Source: Methanothermobacter sp. (lineage in GTDB: Archaea; Methanobacteriota; Methanobacteria; Methanobacteriales; DSM-23052). Taken from it: 32,000 bases of DNA. Position 1 is the stretch's first letter, and the number at the start of each line of letters is the position of its first letter. Positions 9,190-18,172 of this stretch are shown here, one piece after another. The position numbers and the translations under genes were made by a program. A model generated the notes under the pieces. It searched no databases and had not been told where the DNA came from. It saw only the letters and a program-made list of their open reading frames with translations. The stretch is from NCBI GenBank assembly GCA_030055615.1, contig JASFYN010000001.1:47267-79266 (forward strand). Direction: 5' to 3'.

Positions 9190-10317
9190 TTATTGAAAAT
9201 TATCTAAACTGCTTTGATAACCATCAATGTATAAGAATTTTTCAGCACGTTTAATCCACACACCCATCCCCTTAAGTTCATCTAGACTATTTATTCTGCC
9301 TTCTCTCCTTTTTGAGATTATCCTCCTTGCTGATATGGGGCCGATGCCAGGTACTCGTATAAGTTCATCGTAAGTAGCAGTGTTAATATCTAATGGAAAC
9401 ATGTCACTTTTGAGCGCTGCCACATACTTTGGATCCATCTCCAAGTCCAAAAATCCTTCATTGAATTCAAATTCACTTAATTTAAAATTATAAGATTTTA
9501 CCAATGCATCAGCTTGATATAAACGTATTGAACGCCTGGGATCTGGTTCTGGTTTATTCTCTAATGGAGTGCCTTCCAATGCTTGGAAACTACTGAAATA
9601 TATTCTTTTAATATTTAATTTATCATAAAGCCATGATATCCTCTTCAGAATTTCCTGGTCGGTTTCTTCAATTGCGCCTACAATGAATTGGGTGCTTTGA
9701 CCAGAAGGGGTGAGATCAGGATTCTTGTCATGAATTTTTTTTATCCATTTCATTCTCCTTATAATATCTATTTTATAGTCCTTGGTTGATGAAAGAGCTG
9801 AAAGTCCATCTGCTGTTGCTGTTTCAAGGTTGATACTCACCCTATTTGACAATTCCATGGCTCTTTTAATCAGTTCCCTTGAGGTTCCTGGCAAGATTTT
9901 AAGGTGTATATAACCATCGTATCCTTTATCATGGCGTAGAATCCTCACTACTTCAACGAGTTTTTCCATGGTATTATCAACATCATCTATCGTGGCCGAA
10001 CTTAAGAATAAACCTTCCACGTACCTTTTTTCATAATAGTCCATGAAAACCTTTGATAATTCACCTGGTTCTAATTCAATGCGCGTGAATTCCCGTTTAC
10101 TACAATTTAGACAATATTTACAATCGTTGTAGCATTTATTGCTAAGCAGAACCTTAAATAAGGGAACTTTACAACCCTTCATGCTACTATAATATATTCC
10201 AGGAAGATTTACATTCTTTTGTTTTTCATCTGCACTATAATCGCATAAATCAAATTGTGCAGAATCACTTAATATTTGCAATTTTCTTTTACGCTCCAAC
10301 ATAACCTCATATCTCAA
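9190..10317 (-). CDS. radical SAM protein of the putative DNA modification/repair family, with C-terminal helix-hairpin-helix
   Basis: CYNDCKYC (Cx3Cx2C), LFKVLLSNKC and YVEGLFLSSA resemble the TIGR03916-type family as I recall it. The C-terminal ELIRVPGIGPISARRII is a helix-hairpin-helix motif. Confidence 0.85.
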   Translation of the reverse strand: MRYEVMLERKRKLQILSDSAQFDLCDYSADEKQKNVNLPGIYYSSMKGCKVPLFKVLLSNKCYNDCKYCLNCSKREFTRIELEPGELSKVFMDYYEKRYVEGLFLSSATIDDVDNTMEKLVEVVRILRHDKGYDGYIHLKILPGTSRELIKRAMELSNRVSINLETATADGLSALSSTKDYKIDIIRRMKWIKKIHDKNPDLTPSGQSTQFIVGAIEETDQEILKRISWLYDKLNIKRIYFSSFQALEGTPLENKPEPDPRRSIRLYQADALVKSYNFKLSEFEFNEGFLDLEMDPKYVAALKSDMFPLDINTATYDELIRVPGIGPISARRIISKRREGRINSLDELKGMGVWIKRAEKFLYIDGYQSSLDNFQ

Positions 10318-10366
10318 AAAAATTATTTAGTAAAGTTTATATTCCTTTCATTATATAATTTTTATT

Positions 10367-10620
10367 TGGTTTCTGCAGGGCGCTTAGAGAGAGGGGGTGG
10401 TACTGTGACAAAATGGTTACTTTACATAATTGGTATATTGTTAATAATAATGGGTATACTCGGTTTTGTTGGATTCCCATTTCCAAATCTCAAGGATCCG
10501 GTTTGGCATGCAGCATTGAAAATAATTGTTGGACTCATAGCAATATGGGGTGGCACCAAAGTAGAATAAAAAAGTAATTTATTGGCTGATTATAAATACC
10601 TTTAAGCCCTGCAGAAACCA
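10367..10620. repeat. perfect 15-bp inverted repeat pair bracketing a 224-bp segment
   Basis: TGGTTTCTGCAGGGC (10367-10381) and its exact reverse complement GCCCTGCAGAAACCA (10606-10620). The arms are GC-rich relative to the surrounding sequence. Confidence 0.85.
10405..10569 (+). CDS. hypothetical small membrane protein (54 aa, two predicted TM helices)
   Basis: GTG 10405 is preceded by GGGGGTGG (10393-10400). Product: VTKWLLYIIGILLIIMGILGFVGFPFPNLKDPVWHAALKIIVGLIAIWGGTKVE. The longer track ORF (from 10276) would overlap the radical SAM gene start and lacks an SD. Confidence 0.4.
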   Translation: MTKWLLYIIGILLIIMGILGFVGFPFPNLKDPVWHAALKIIVGLIAIWGGTKVE

Positions 10621-11119
10621 CAAATTGTTACACAGATTTACTTCTGTTTTCGAGGGATCTGCGATAAAAATTTTGACTTGCCTTTTTTAAGAAGGACATA
10701 TCTGTAGATGGAATATTATATATAATTTTTTTGATGATATTTTATGAGTATCGGATTGGAGACGAATTCCGGACGGCCATATCCTACCCCCACACAAAGG
10801 AAGTCAATAGGCTTTTGGTATTGTTAAAATTTATTTTTTCTTGTTAAGGTAAATTTGGACATAAAAGGATCCTTATAGTATACCTTGGCTTTCACTTCTC
10901 TATTAGATGGGTTCTTGCTTAGCTAAAGTACACGTCGGGCTTAAAATTTCCTCACTTAATGTGATACAAGAATATGATTCAATACTTTCGCATATTCCAT
11001 TTGCAGATAGGTTCTATAAAATGCGAATATAACAATTTATAACGATTTTTCTGACTTATTACTATGAACGAACCTTCTTGTCGAAGGAATTAAATAGAAG
11101 TTTTATTGGATTCTATATT

Positions 11120-12463
11120 ATGAGAGTTGTGCTTGCAGGTAGTGGTAGTGCTGTTGGTAAAACCACCATTTCTACCGGTATAATGAAGGCATTATCCAGT
11201 GAGGGTGTTCAACCCTTTAAGGTTGGCCCAGATTATATAGATCCATCTTATCATACTATGGCCACAGGTAATCCTTCACGTAATCTTGACTCGTTTTTCA
11301 TGTCAGATGGGCAGATTAGAGAAGCATTTATAAGGGGCATGGAAACATCTAATGCGCGAATGGCTATTATAGAAGGTGTTCGCGGTTTATATGAGGGTAT
11401 AAGTCCAATTGATGATGTTGGGAGTACAGCATCAATAGCGAAAGCTTTAAACGCTCCTGTTGTGTTGATAATTAATTCTAGAAGTCTGGTAAAAAGTGCA
11501 GCTGCAATAGTACTTGGTTTCAAAGCATTAGACCCAGAGGTTAAAATCGAAGGGGTGATCCTAAACCAAGTTAAAAATAAAAGACATTACCTCAAAACTA
11601 AAAAAGCCATTGAAGAACTTTCAGATACTAAAGTGATCGGTGGCATACCTAGAAGAAAAGATTTGAAGGTTGAACAGAGACATCTAGGATTGGTACCTGC
11701 AGTGGAACGTGAAAATCTAAAATTTTCAATAGAAAAGTGGGGAAATGTGGTAAAAGAATATATTGACCTTGATGAACTCAAAAATATAATGAAAAACGCT
11801 AAAAAAATAAAAGGCAAAAGAGAACCCCTCTGGCAAGTAAAAAACCATAAAAAGGTTAAAATAGGCATAGCATATGACGAAGCATTCAACTTTTACTACA
11901 TGGAAAACCTAGAAGCTTTAAAAGATAATAAAGCCAGTTTATGTTATTTCAGCCCTTTACATGACGAGGAGATTCCTGACGTCGACGGAATCTATATTGG
12001 CGGAGGATACCCAGAAATTTTCGCAAAACAACTCGAAAAAAATACTTCAATGAAAAATTCCATTAAAAAGTTCCATGAAGATGAAAAACCAATATTCGGA
12101 GAATGCGGAGGCCTATTATATCTTTCAAGATCCTTAGATGGACATGAAATGTGCAATATATTCCCTTACAAGTCTACAATGACGCGGAAAGTCCAAGGTT
12201 TAAGTTATGTAATAGCAAAATCAACAATGGACAACATAATATCTCCAAAAACTGAAATTTTCAAAGGACATGAATTTCATTACTCAAACATAAAAGTTAC
12301 AGGCAATCCACAATTTGCATTTAAAATACAAAGAGGAAAGGGCATAAAAAAAGGGATGGACGGTCTCACATCTAAAAAAACCCTCGCAAGTTATATTCAT
12401 ATACATGCAGCTTCATGTCCAAAATTTGCAGCAACACTAACATCCAATGCACTAGAACAGTAA
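11120..12463 (+). CDS. cobyrinate / Ni-sirohydrochlorin a,c-diamide synthase (CbiA/CfbB family; paralogue not resolvable by eye)
   Basis: N-terminal [19 protein letters not shown]-loop (CbiA/CobQ-type ATPase domain) and a C-terminal glutamine amidotransferase domain ([15 protein letters not shown]). Start moved to ATG 11120. The track start is a TTG with 14 extra residues. Confidence 0.85.
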   Translation: MRVVLAGSGSAVGKTTISTGIMKALSSEGVQPFKVGPDYIDPSYHTMATGNPSRNLDSFFMSDGQIREAFIRGMETSNARMAIIEGVRGLYEGISPIDDVGSTASIAKALNAPVVLIINSRSLVKSAAAIVLGFKALDPEVKIEGVILNQVKNKRHYLKTKKAIEELSDTKVIGGIPRRKDLKVEQRHLGLVPAVERENLKFSIEKWGNVVKEYIDLDELKNIMKNAKKIKGKREPLWQVKNHKKVKIGIAYDEAFNFYYMENLEALKDNKASLCYFSPLHDEEIPDVDGIYIGGGYPEIFAKQLEKNTSMKNSIKKFHEDEKPIFGECGGLLYLSRSLDGHEMCNIFPYKSTMTRKVQGLSYVIAKSTMDNIISPKTEIFKGHEFHYSNIKVTGNPQFAFKIQRGKGIKKGMDGLTSKKTLASYIHIHAASCPKFAATLTSNALEQ

Positions 12464-12464
12464 G

Positions 12465-13562
12465 ATGATATCCATGTTTAAGAATAAGGACATTTTTTCA
12501 CCTTATATCATAATTGTTGCAATCATAGCATATCTCCTAATGGCATATGTAGCATTCCATTATAAAATCAGAGGCTTAAATTTCCCATCACCCATCTCCA
12601 TAATCTATATCAGTATAGGTTCACTATTCTACGCTTTAGGAGTTCTAACATCCTCAAATTTCAAATCATCCCCATCTAAGGTTAAAAGAGAATCTAACCA
12701 CATTTATGAGCCAATTTTATTAATTATCCTAATCATAAGTATAATATTAGCGGCATGGAACTTGTACAATGTTGGTGGTATACCATTATTTAGCGGATAC
12801 CTTAAAGCCAAGGCCCTAACCAAAATCTGGTTCATATCTTATCTTTTATTTTTGTTTTCCATAAACTTCTTATTGGCCAGATTTAAAAGAGACTCTTATT
12901 ATGGATTTTTCATCCTTGGACTGATTTTGTTCGCTTTAACAGGATACAGGACAACTACAGTGGTCATATTACTCAGTGTACTTATAAACTTATATTATAC
13001 AAGACACATTTCCATAAAAAAGCTTACCCTCATTGGAATCCTTATAATTTCCCTGACCATTGTCATAGGCTATGTCGCCGTTAAATCTATAGAATGGCAG
13101 CATTGGAATTTAAATCCTATAGAATTATTTTTTTATCGCGCAGGGTATACATTAACAGTTTTTGACCGTGTAATCCAATTTGAGGGCGCTACACATGGTA
13201 GATTATTATATTCTACTTTAACAGGATTTTTCACATCCACCGATCCTAGGATTATTGTGGGAACAACAGTCCTAGGATATAAACATTCAAGCACCTCAAC
13301 AATCTTTGGACCCGCAATTCTAGACTTCGGTTTTTTTGCCATGATACTACAAATGTTCATCATAGGCTTAATCCTTGGTTTACTCCATATAATCCAAAAG
13401 ATCAAAAAAGATTTCTTCACAGCTTTATACGCGATAATATTAGCTCACACTCTTGTATGGATTGAAACAGGCCCAACAGATCTTGTAGTATGGATATTCT
13501 ATTTAATGGCTGTGGCCGCGATAATAAAGGAGGCATATTATGAAAGTGGCCATCGCAGCTGA
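12465..13562 (+). CDS. polytopic membrane protein, Wzy-like oligosaccharide repeat-unit polymerase candidate
   Basis: 365 aa with about 10 predicted TM helices. The overall layout resembles archaeal oligosaccharide repeat-unit polymerase annotations. It starts 1 nt after the stop of the upstream gene. The functional call is weak because no catalytic motif is verifiable by eye. Confidence 0.5.
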   Translation: MISMFKNKDIFSPYIIIVAIIAYLLMAYVAFHYKIRGLNFPSPISIIYISIGSLFYALGVLTSSNFKSSPSKVKRESNHIYEPILLIILIISIILAAWNLYNVGGIPLFSGYLKAKALTKIWFISYLLFLFSINFLLARFKRDSYYGFFILGLILFALTGYRTTTVVILLSVLINLYYTRHISIKKLTLIGILIISLTIVIGYVAVKSIEWQHWNLNPIELFFYRAGYTLTVFDRVIQFEGATHGRLLYSTLTGFFTSTDPRIIVGTTVLGYKHSSTSTIFGPAILDFGFFAMILQMFIIGLILGLLHIIQKIKKDFFTALYAIILAHTLVWIETGPTDLVVWIFYLMAVAAIIKEAYYESGHRS

Positions 13563-14598
13563 ATTAGCACCCGCAAAGACATTCATACCATTAATGGAAA
13601 AATTTAACGCCAATTTCATCGCTTTATCACATGGAACAGGCGTTAAAGAACTTTTAGAACCTTATTGTCAAAGTATATATCCTATTGGGGAGAGTAGACG
13701 TTCTAATGGTAACAAGATCCTTATCACGGCTAGGATATTATCAGATATTAAAAAGGCTGTTAAAGCTTTAAGAGAAAGCAAGCCAGATATCCTTTTAACT
13801 TGTGGTAATGCAGGTGATGTGCGAAAGAGTATTGCAGCCGCCAAACTACTTAGAATACCCGTACTACATATTGAACAGGACATTTATAACCCTATTGAAA
13901 TGATAGCATTTGCCAACCTTGTAACAGCACCTTCCACTGAATACAAAGAATATCTTGAAAGAAATTACCATTTAAAGAACGTAGAAAACATAGGAGGCTA
14001 TCCCCACGCTATCTATGTCAAAAATTTAAAACTTGAAGATCCAGAGGCTGTTAAAGAAAAGTACAATCTTCAAGAATTCATACTTGCAGTACTTGGAGGC
14101 GATTTGAAAACCCATGATATTTCCCCTCTAATCAAGGCATTGGAAGCGTTAAGGGAAGATGTCTTATTGGCACCTTTCAGATTTGATAGGAAATTCATCA
14201 AAAAAAATATAACCTCAAAAAAAATCCACGTTCTAGAAGGTTTTGTTGACCTTCCAAGTTTAATGAAAGCTTCAAAGGCTATGATCTATGCTGCTGGTAT
14301 GGGAGTCACAATAGAAGCCGGCGTTCTCGGGGTTCCTTCAATCAAAATCGCAGGATTTCATCGTCAACATGCAAGCATCGACCTCTGTGAAAAAATAGGC
14401 ATACCAATAGCCAAAATAGAAGACATAAACCATTTAATATATGATTTAAAGCCTCCAGATTCAGCTTACCTCCTTTCAACTGCAGAGGAGTCTTTAGAGA
14501 AATTGATCAACTTACTGGAAAACTTCCAACCAGAAGGTTCATGCGGCGGTTTTAAAAGTTTCAAAAAAATATGGGGAGCCCGATCAAAATTTAGGTGA
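13540..14598 (+). CDS. GT-B-fold glycosyltransferase-like protein (MurG/DUF354-like)
   Basis: 352 aa with a GGAGG SD. It overlaps the upstream membrane gene by 23 nt. The C-terminal LMKASKAMIYAAGMGVTIEAGVLGVPSI resembles the nucleotide-sugar-binding helix region of MurG/GT28-type GT-B enzymes. Confidence 0.5.
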   Translation: MKVAIAAELAPAKTFIPLMEKFNANFIALSHGTGVKELLEPYCQSIYPIGESRRSNGNKILITARILSDIKKAVKALRESKPDILLTCGNAGDVRKSIAAAKLLRIPVLHIEQDIYNPIEMIAFANLVTAPSTEYKEYLERNYHLKNVENIGGYPHAIYVKNLKLEDPEAVKEKYNLQEFILAVLGGDLKTHDISPLIKALEALREDVLLAPFRFDRKFIKKNITSKKIHVLEGFVDLPSLMKASKAMIYAAGMGVTIEAGVLGVPSIKIAGFHRQHASIDLCEKIGIPIAKIEDINHLIYDLKPPDSAYLLSTAEESLEKLINLLENFQPEGSCGGFKSFKKIWGARSKFR

Positions 14599-14635
14599 AC
14601 TTATCTAACTTGGAGGATTATCCCCTCATATCATC

Positions 14636-14667
14636 CCATTTGTATTTTTACAAATGGAAGTTTTTTT
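14636..14667 (+). terminator. hairpin plus T7 run downstream of the GT-B-like gene
   Basis: CCATTTGTA (14636-14644) pairs with TACAAATGG (14649-14657) across a TTTT loop, followed by AAG and TTTTTTT (14661-14667). Confidence 0.55.
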
Positions 14668-14868
14668 ATAAGATAACGAAGGAAAAATAAATCCAGAATT
14701 ACCTACAAGCAGCTTTTAGTATAAGAGTCCTACATGATTGGGGCTTTAGAGGCAGAAAAAAATATTCACAATCACCTTTTTCATCTTACTGGTATAAAAA
14801 TTTAACTATAAATGTTAGATGAAAAAATACTTAATAAATACTGGAATAATAAAATTTGGTGATATAAA

Positions 14869-15699
14869 ATGGTTGCAAAGATCGGTGTACTAAAATGTGG
14901 AAACCTTGGAACATCCCCAGTGATCGACCTAGTACTTGATGAAAGAGCTGACAGACCAAATGTCGAGATCCGTGTAATGGGATCTGGAACAAAAATGAAC
15001 CCTGATGATATAGAATTTGTAGTCCCCAAAATGCTCGAACTAGACAGAGACTTTGTCATATTCATAAGCCCAAACCCAGCGGCACCGGGACCTGCAAGGG
15101 CAAGAGAACTACTCTCCGAAGCCGACGTACCCGCAATGATAGTGGGAGATGCTCCAGGACTTCGTGTGAAAGATGAAATCGAAGAACAAGGACTCGGTTA
15201 CATTATAGTCAAAGCAGACTCCATGATAGGTGCAAGAAGAGAATTCCTAGACCCAACTGAAATGGCAGCATTCAATGCAGACTTAATGAAAGTACTTGCA
15301 TTAACAGGAGCATACAGAGTAGTCCATGAGACCATCGACGCCATGATAGCTGATGTAGAAGCTGGAAAAGAAATTGAACTACCAAAACTCGTAATTACAA
15401 GAGACGTGGCAGTAGAAGCTGCAGGCTTCAAAAACCCATATGCAAAAGCAAAGGCCATGGCAGCATATGAAATAGCAACAAAAGTCGCTGACATTGACGT
15501 CGAAGGATGCTTCATGGTACAAGACCCAGAAAAATACATACCAATAGTAGCATCTGCACACGAAATGATGTCAACAGCCGCAAAACTAGCAGAAGAAGCA
15601 AGAGAAATAGAAAAATCCAACGATACCGTGAAGAGAACACCACACGGAAAAGAAGGAGAAACACTATCCAAGGAAAAACTACTCGAGAAACCTTCATAA
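14869..15699 (+). CDS. mtd: F420-dependent methylenetetrahydromethanopterin dehydrogenase
   Basis: Near full-length resemblance to Methanothermobacter Mtd as I recall it: MV.KIG..KCGN.GTSPV.DL.LDERADRPN..., FISPNP.APGP, GYIIVKAD.MIGARREFLDPTEMA. GGTGAT SD lies upstream. Confidence 0.97.
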   Translation: MVAKIGVLKCGNLGTSPVIDLVLDERADRPNVEIRVMGSGTKMNPDDIEFVVPKMLELDRDFVIFISPNPAAPGPARARELLSEADVPAMIVGDAPGLRVKDEIEEQGLGYIIVKADSMIGARREFLDPTEMAAFNADLMKVLALTGAYRVVHETIDAMIADVEAGKEIELPKLVITRDVAVEAAGFKNPYAKAKAMAAYEIATKVADIDVEGCFMVQDPEKYIPIVASAHEMMSTAAKLAEEAREIEKSNDTVKRTPHGKEGETLSKEKLLEKPS

Positions 15700-15705
15700 A
15701 ATCTA

Positions 15706-15728
15706 TTTTTTTATTTTACTCTTTTTTT
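15706..15728 (+). terminator. oligo-T termination tract after mtd
   Basis: T7 (15706-15712), T4 and T7 (15722-15728) lie within 30 nt of the mtd stop codon. Archaeal RNAP terminates at oligo-T runs. Confidence 0.5.
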
Positions 15729-15737
15729 GGTGTTTTC

Positions 15738-17123
15738 GTGTTTGATGTAATAATAGTCGGGGCAGGTCCCGGAGGTCTCATCGCCGCAGACAAACTAGCA
15801 GACCATTTAAAAGTTTTAGTGGTTGATAAAGGAAGGGACATGGACAAAAGATATTGTCCAGCCCTAAAAGATGGTATATGTAGAAAATGTTCGCCTTGTA
15901 ACATAATGTGTGGCCTTGGAGGGGCTGGTGGATTATCAGATGGGAAACTAAACTTAAGACCAGATATTGGAGGCGACTTAGAAGAATTTGTAGATAAAAA
16001 AAAGGCATGGGAGCTTGTAGAGGAAGTTGACAGTTTTTTCCTCAAACATGGAGCCCCAGAGGAATTATATTCACCCAAGGAAAAAGAAGTGGAAAAGATT
16101 TTGAAAAAATCAGCTGCAGCGGGTATAAATTTTATTCCCATCATTCAAAGACATATAGGGTCCGATAAGACGCCCATGGTCATAAAGTCTATAAAAGAAG
16201 ACCTTGAAAAAAGAGGTGTGGAATTTCTCCTAGAAACAAGGGCATTAGATATCATAACAAAAAATGGAAAAATAGAGGGGCTCAAAGTTAAGGATAAGAA
16301 TGGGAATGAGAACATAATAAAATGTAGATTTTTGATCCTTGCACCTGGCAGATCCGGTTCCATGTGGCTTGCAGAGCAAATGAGAAAACTTTCAATCCCT
16401 ATAAAGTACAATCCAGTGGATATTGGAGTAAGAGTTGAAGTCCCCAGTATTGTAATGGAGGATATTACAAGGATAAATTGGGATCCGAAATTCCATATTA
16501 TAACAAAAAGCTACGACGACTTTGTAAGAACGTTCTGCGTCTGCAACAGAGGTTTCGTGGTCGAGGAAGCCTATGACGATTTTAAAGGGGTTAATGGGCA
16601 TTCCATGCGCACAAAATCATCTGATAACACTAACTTTGCCTTTTTAGTCAAAGTTGAGCTTACAGAGCCGGTTGAAAATACATCTGCATATGCCCTTTCA
16701 ATCGCAAAAATTTCTAACACACTCGGTGGAGGCAAACCAATAATACAAAGATTAGGAGACCTTAGGAAAGGGAGAAGATCCACTTGGAAGAGATTAAAAA
16801 GGAGTCCAGTGAAGCCAACATTAAAGGATGTAACACCAGGAGACATCGCACTTGTCCTACCCTACAGGATAGTCCTTGATATAATAGAAGGCTTAGAAGC
16901 GCTTGATAAAGTCATACCAGGGGTGGCCTCAGATTCCACGCTTTTATATGCTCCCGAGATAAAACTTTATGCAATGAGAATAAAAGTGGACAAGCATATG
17001 AGAACCCCAATCAGCGGATTATATGCTGTAGGGGACGGTGCGGGAGTTTCAAGGGGTATTGTAGGCGCTGCCGCTACGGCACTTATAGCCGCCGAACATA
17101 TAAATAAATCTTCAAAGTCTTAA
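15738..17123 (+). CDS. FAD-dependent oxidoreductase (uncharacterised FAD-dependent dehydrogenase family, COG2509-like)
   Basis: Begins VFDVIIVGAGPGGLIAADKLA (Rossmann GxGxxG) and ends with AVGDGAG.SRGI. Start set at GTG 15738 after GGTG (15729-15732). The track ORF extends 77 codons upstream into mtd in another frame with a low-complexity K/R-rich sequence. Confidence 0.8.
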   Translation: MFDVIIVGAGPGGLIAADKLADHLKVLVVDKGRDMDKRYCPALKDGICRKCSPCNIMCGLGGAGGLSDGKLNLRPDIGGDLEEFVDKKKAWELVEEVDSFFLKHGAPEELYSPKEKEVEKILKKSAAAGINFIPIIQRHIGSDKTPMVIKSIKEDLEKRGVEFLLETRALDIITKNGKIEGLKVKDKNGNENIIKCRFLILAPGRSGSMWLAEQMRKLSIPIKYNPVDIGVRVEVPSIVMEDITRINWDPKFHIITKSYDDFVRTFCVCNRGFVVEEAYDDFKGVNGHSMRTKSSDNTNFAFLVKVELTEPVENTSAYALSIAKISNTLGGGKPIIQRLGDLRKGRRSTWKRLKRSPVKPTLKDVTPGDIALVLPYRIVLDIIEGLEALDKVIPGVASDSTLLYAPEIKLYAMRIKVDKHMRTPISGLYAVGDGAGVSRGIVGAAATALIAAEHINKSSKS

Positions 17124-17301
17124 ATTACCCCCCCAGATCAGCGTCAACAAATCCGTGCCTCCTCATTTACAATACCAATCTCTCATTTTTTATTCTCTAT
17201 GTCGAATTGTGATTATACAGTCCCCATTTTTTGTAACGAGATTCAAAAAAAAAACATTTATCATTTTTTTCTACAATTGTTATGACGGTTTCAGAAATGT
17301 G

Positions 17302-17324
17302 AAGGCTTCAATTTTTGAAGCCTT
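17302..17324. terminator. hairpin between convergent genes (FAD oxidoreductase / hisB)
   Basis: AAGGCTTCA (17302-17310) pairs with TGAAGCCTT (17316-17324). Flanking T6/T7 runs on the + strand (17199-17270) and A10 (17241-17250, which is T10 on the - strand) could serve both transcription directions. Confidence 0.35.
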
Positions 17325-17386
17325 AAAATATTATCTTATAATTTTGTAACATGCGCTTATTATGAAACAATCGTATGTGTTAAAAA

Positions 17387-17962
17387 TTATAAATCGCCTT
17401 TTGTACTCGGTATCTTTTGATGTTCGATTTTCACAGCACTTCTTAGCGCGATTGCAAATGCCTTGAAAAGAGCTTCTATCTTGTGGTGATCGTTTCTTCC
17501 ATTGACCTTTGCATGTATGTTAATTTCAGCATTTTTTGCGAATGATTCCATGAAATGTGGAATGTTTTCTGTTGAAACATCACCAACTTCATCCCTCTTA
17601 AATTCCATGTCAAGGACTGAATATGCCCTTCCTCCAAGGTCCACCGCCACCATCGCGAGCGATTCATCCATTGGTACTATTGCATGAGCCATTCTTTTTA
17701 TACCTTTTTTATCTGATAGGGCTTTTTTGAAGGCTTTGCCTAATGTTATGCTAACATCTTCGATGGTGTGGTGATCATCGACTTCTAAATCTCCCCTTAC
17801 TTTTATTTCAAGATCAAATAGTCCGTGTATAGCGAAGGATTCTAGCATATGGTCGAGGAATTTAAGTCCTGTGTCGATGATATAATTTCCCTCACCATCC
17901 AAGTTTATATCCACTTTAACCTCTGTTTCATGGGTTTTCCTCGATTTCTGGGCTTTTCTCAT
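17387..17962 (-). CDS. hisB: imidazoleglycerol-phosphate dehydratase
   Basis: RKTHETEVKVDINLDGEG, DHHTIEDVSITLG and NDHHKIEALFKAFA match the IGPD signature motifs. Start at ATG 17962 (MRKAQ). The track start is 3 codons upstream. Confidence 0.93.
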   Translation of the reverse strand: MRKAQKSRKTHETEVKVDINLDGEGNYIIDTGLKFLDHMLESFAIHGLFDLEIKVRGDLEVDDHHTIEDVSITLGKAFKKALSDKKGIKRMAHAIVPMDESLAMVAVDLGGRAYSVLDMEFKRDEVGDVSTENIPHFMESFAKNAEINIHAKVNGRNDHHKIEALFKAFAIALRSAVKIEHQKIPSTKGDL

Positions 17963-18161
17963 AATTATCATCCCTTATTATTCTTATAGCCTCCGCAGGG
18001 CATCTGCTTGCGCAGATAATGCAAAGATGGCAATATTCGAGATTGGATGGGATCGCTATTTTCCTTTTCCGATCTATCGTCCATATTTTACCGCCTTTGG
18101 GACATGATTCTTTACATTCCCCGCAACCTGTACATTTTTCATGATCTATGATTATTTTCAT
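17928..18161 (-). CDS. 2x[4Fe-4S] ferredoxin-domain protein
   Basis: 77 aa with CTGCGECKESCP and CHLCIICASRCP cluster motifs. Its 3' end overlaps the hisB start by about 35 nt. Confidence 0.8.
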   Translation of the reverse strand: MKIIIDHEKCTGCGECKESCPKGGKIWTIDRKRKIAIPSNLEYCHLCIICASRCPAEAIRIIRDDNYEKSPEIEENP

Positions 18162-18172
18162 ATAGTTACCTT

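Noticed and set aside
10740-10800. Cobalamin riboswitch upstream of the CbiA-family gene
   Set aside because: Only a GGAGAC fragment resembles the B12-box, and the rest of the box and the conserved core helices are not present. The site lies more than 300 nt from the gene, and cobalamin riboswitches are not an established feature of archaea.
15198-15697. Minus-strand ORFs (157, 60 and 61 aa) overlapping mtd
   Set aside because: They lie antisense to a near-perfect Mtd coding sequence. Long open antisense frames are typical of strongly codon-biased genes. No start context or recognisable motifs.
15507-15737. 77-codon N-terminal extension of the FAD-oxidoreductase ORF overlapping the mtd 3' end
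   Set aside because: The extension is K/R-rich and low-complexity, read from an alternative frame of mtd. The conserved GxGxxG Rossmann start lies right after GTG 15738, downstream of the mtd oligo-T tracts.
17155-17349. 64-aa + strand ORF in the spacer between the FAD oxidoreductase and hisB
   Set aside because: It has a GTG start without an SD and is a hydrophobic, low-complexity translation of T-rich terminator-type sequence containing a hairpin and oligo-T/A runs.
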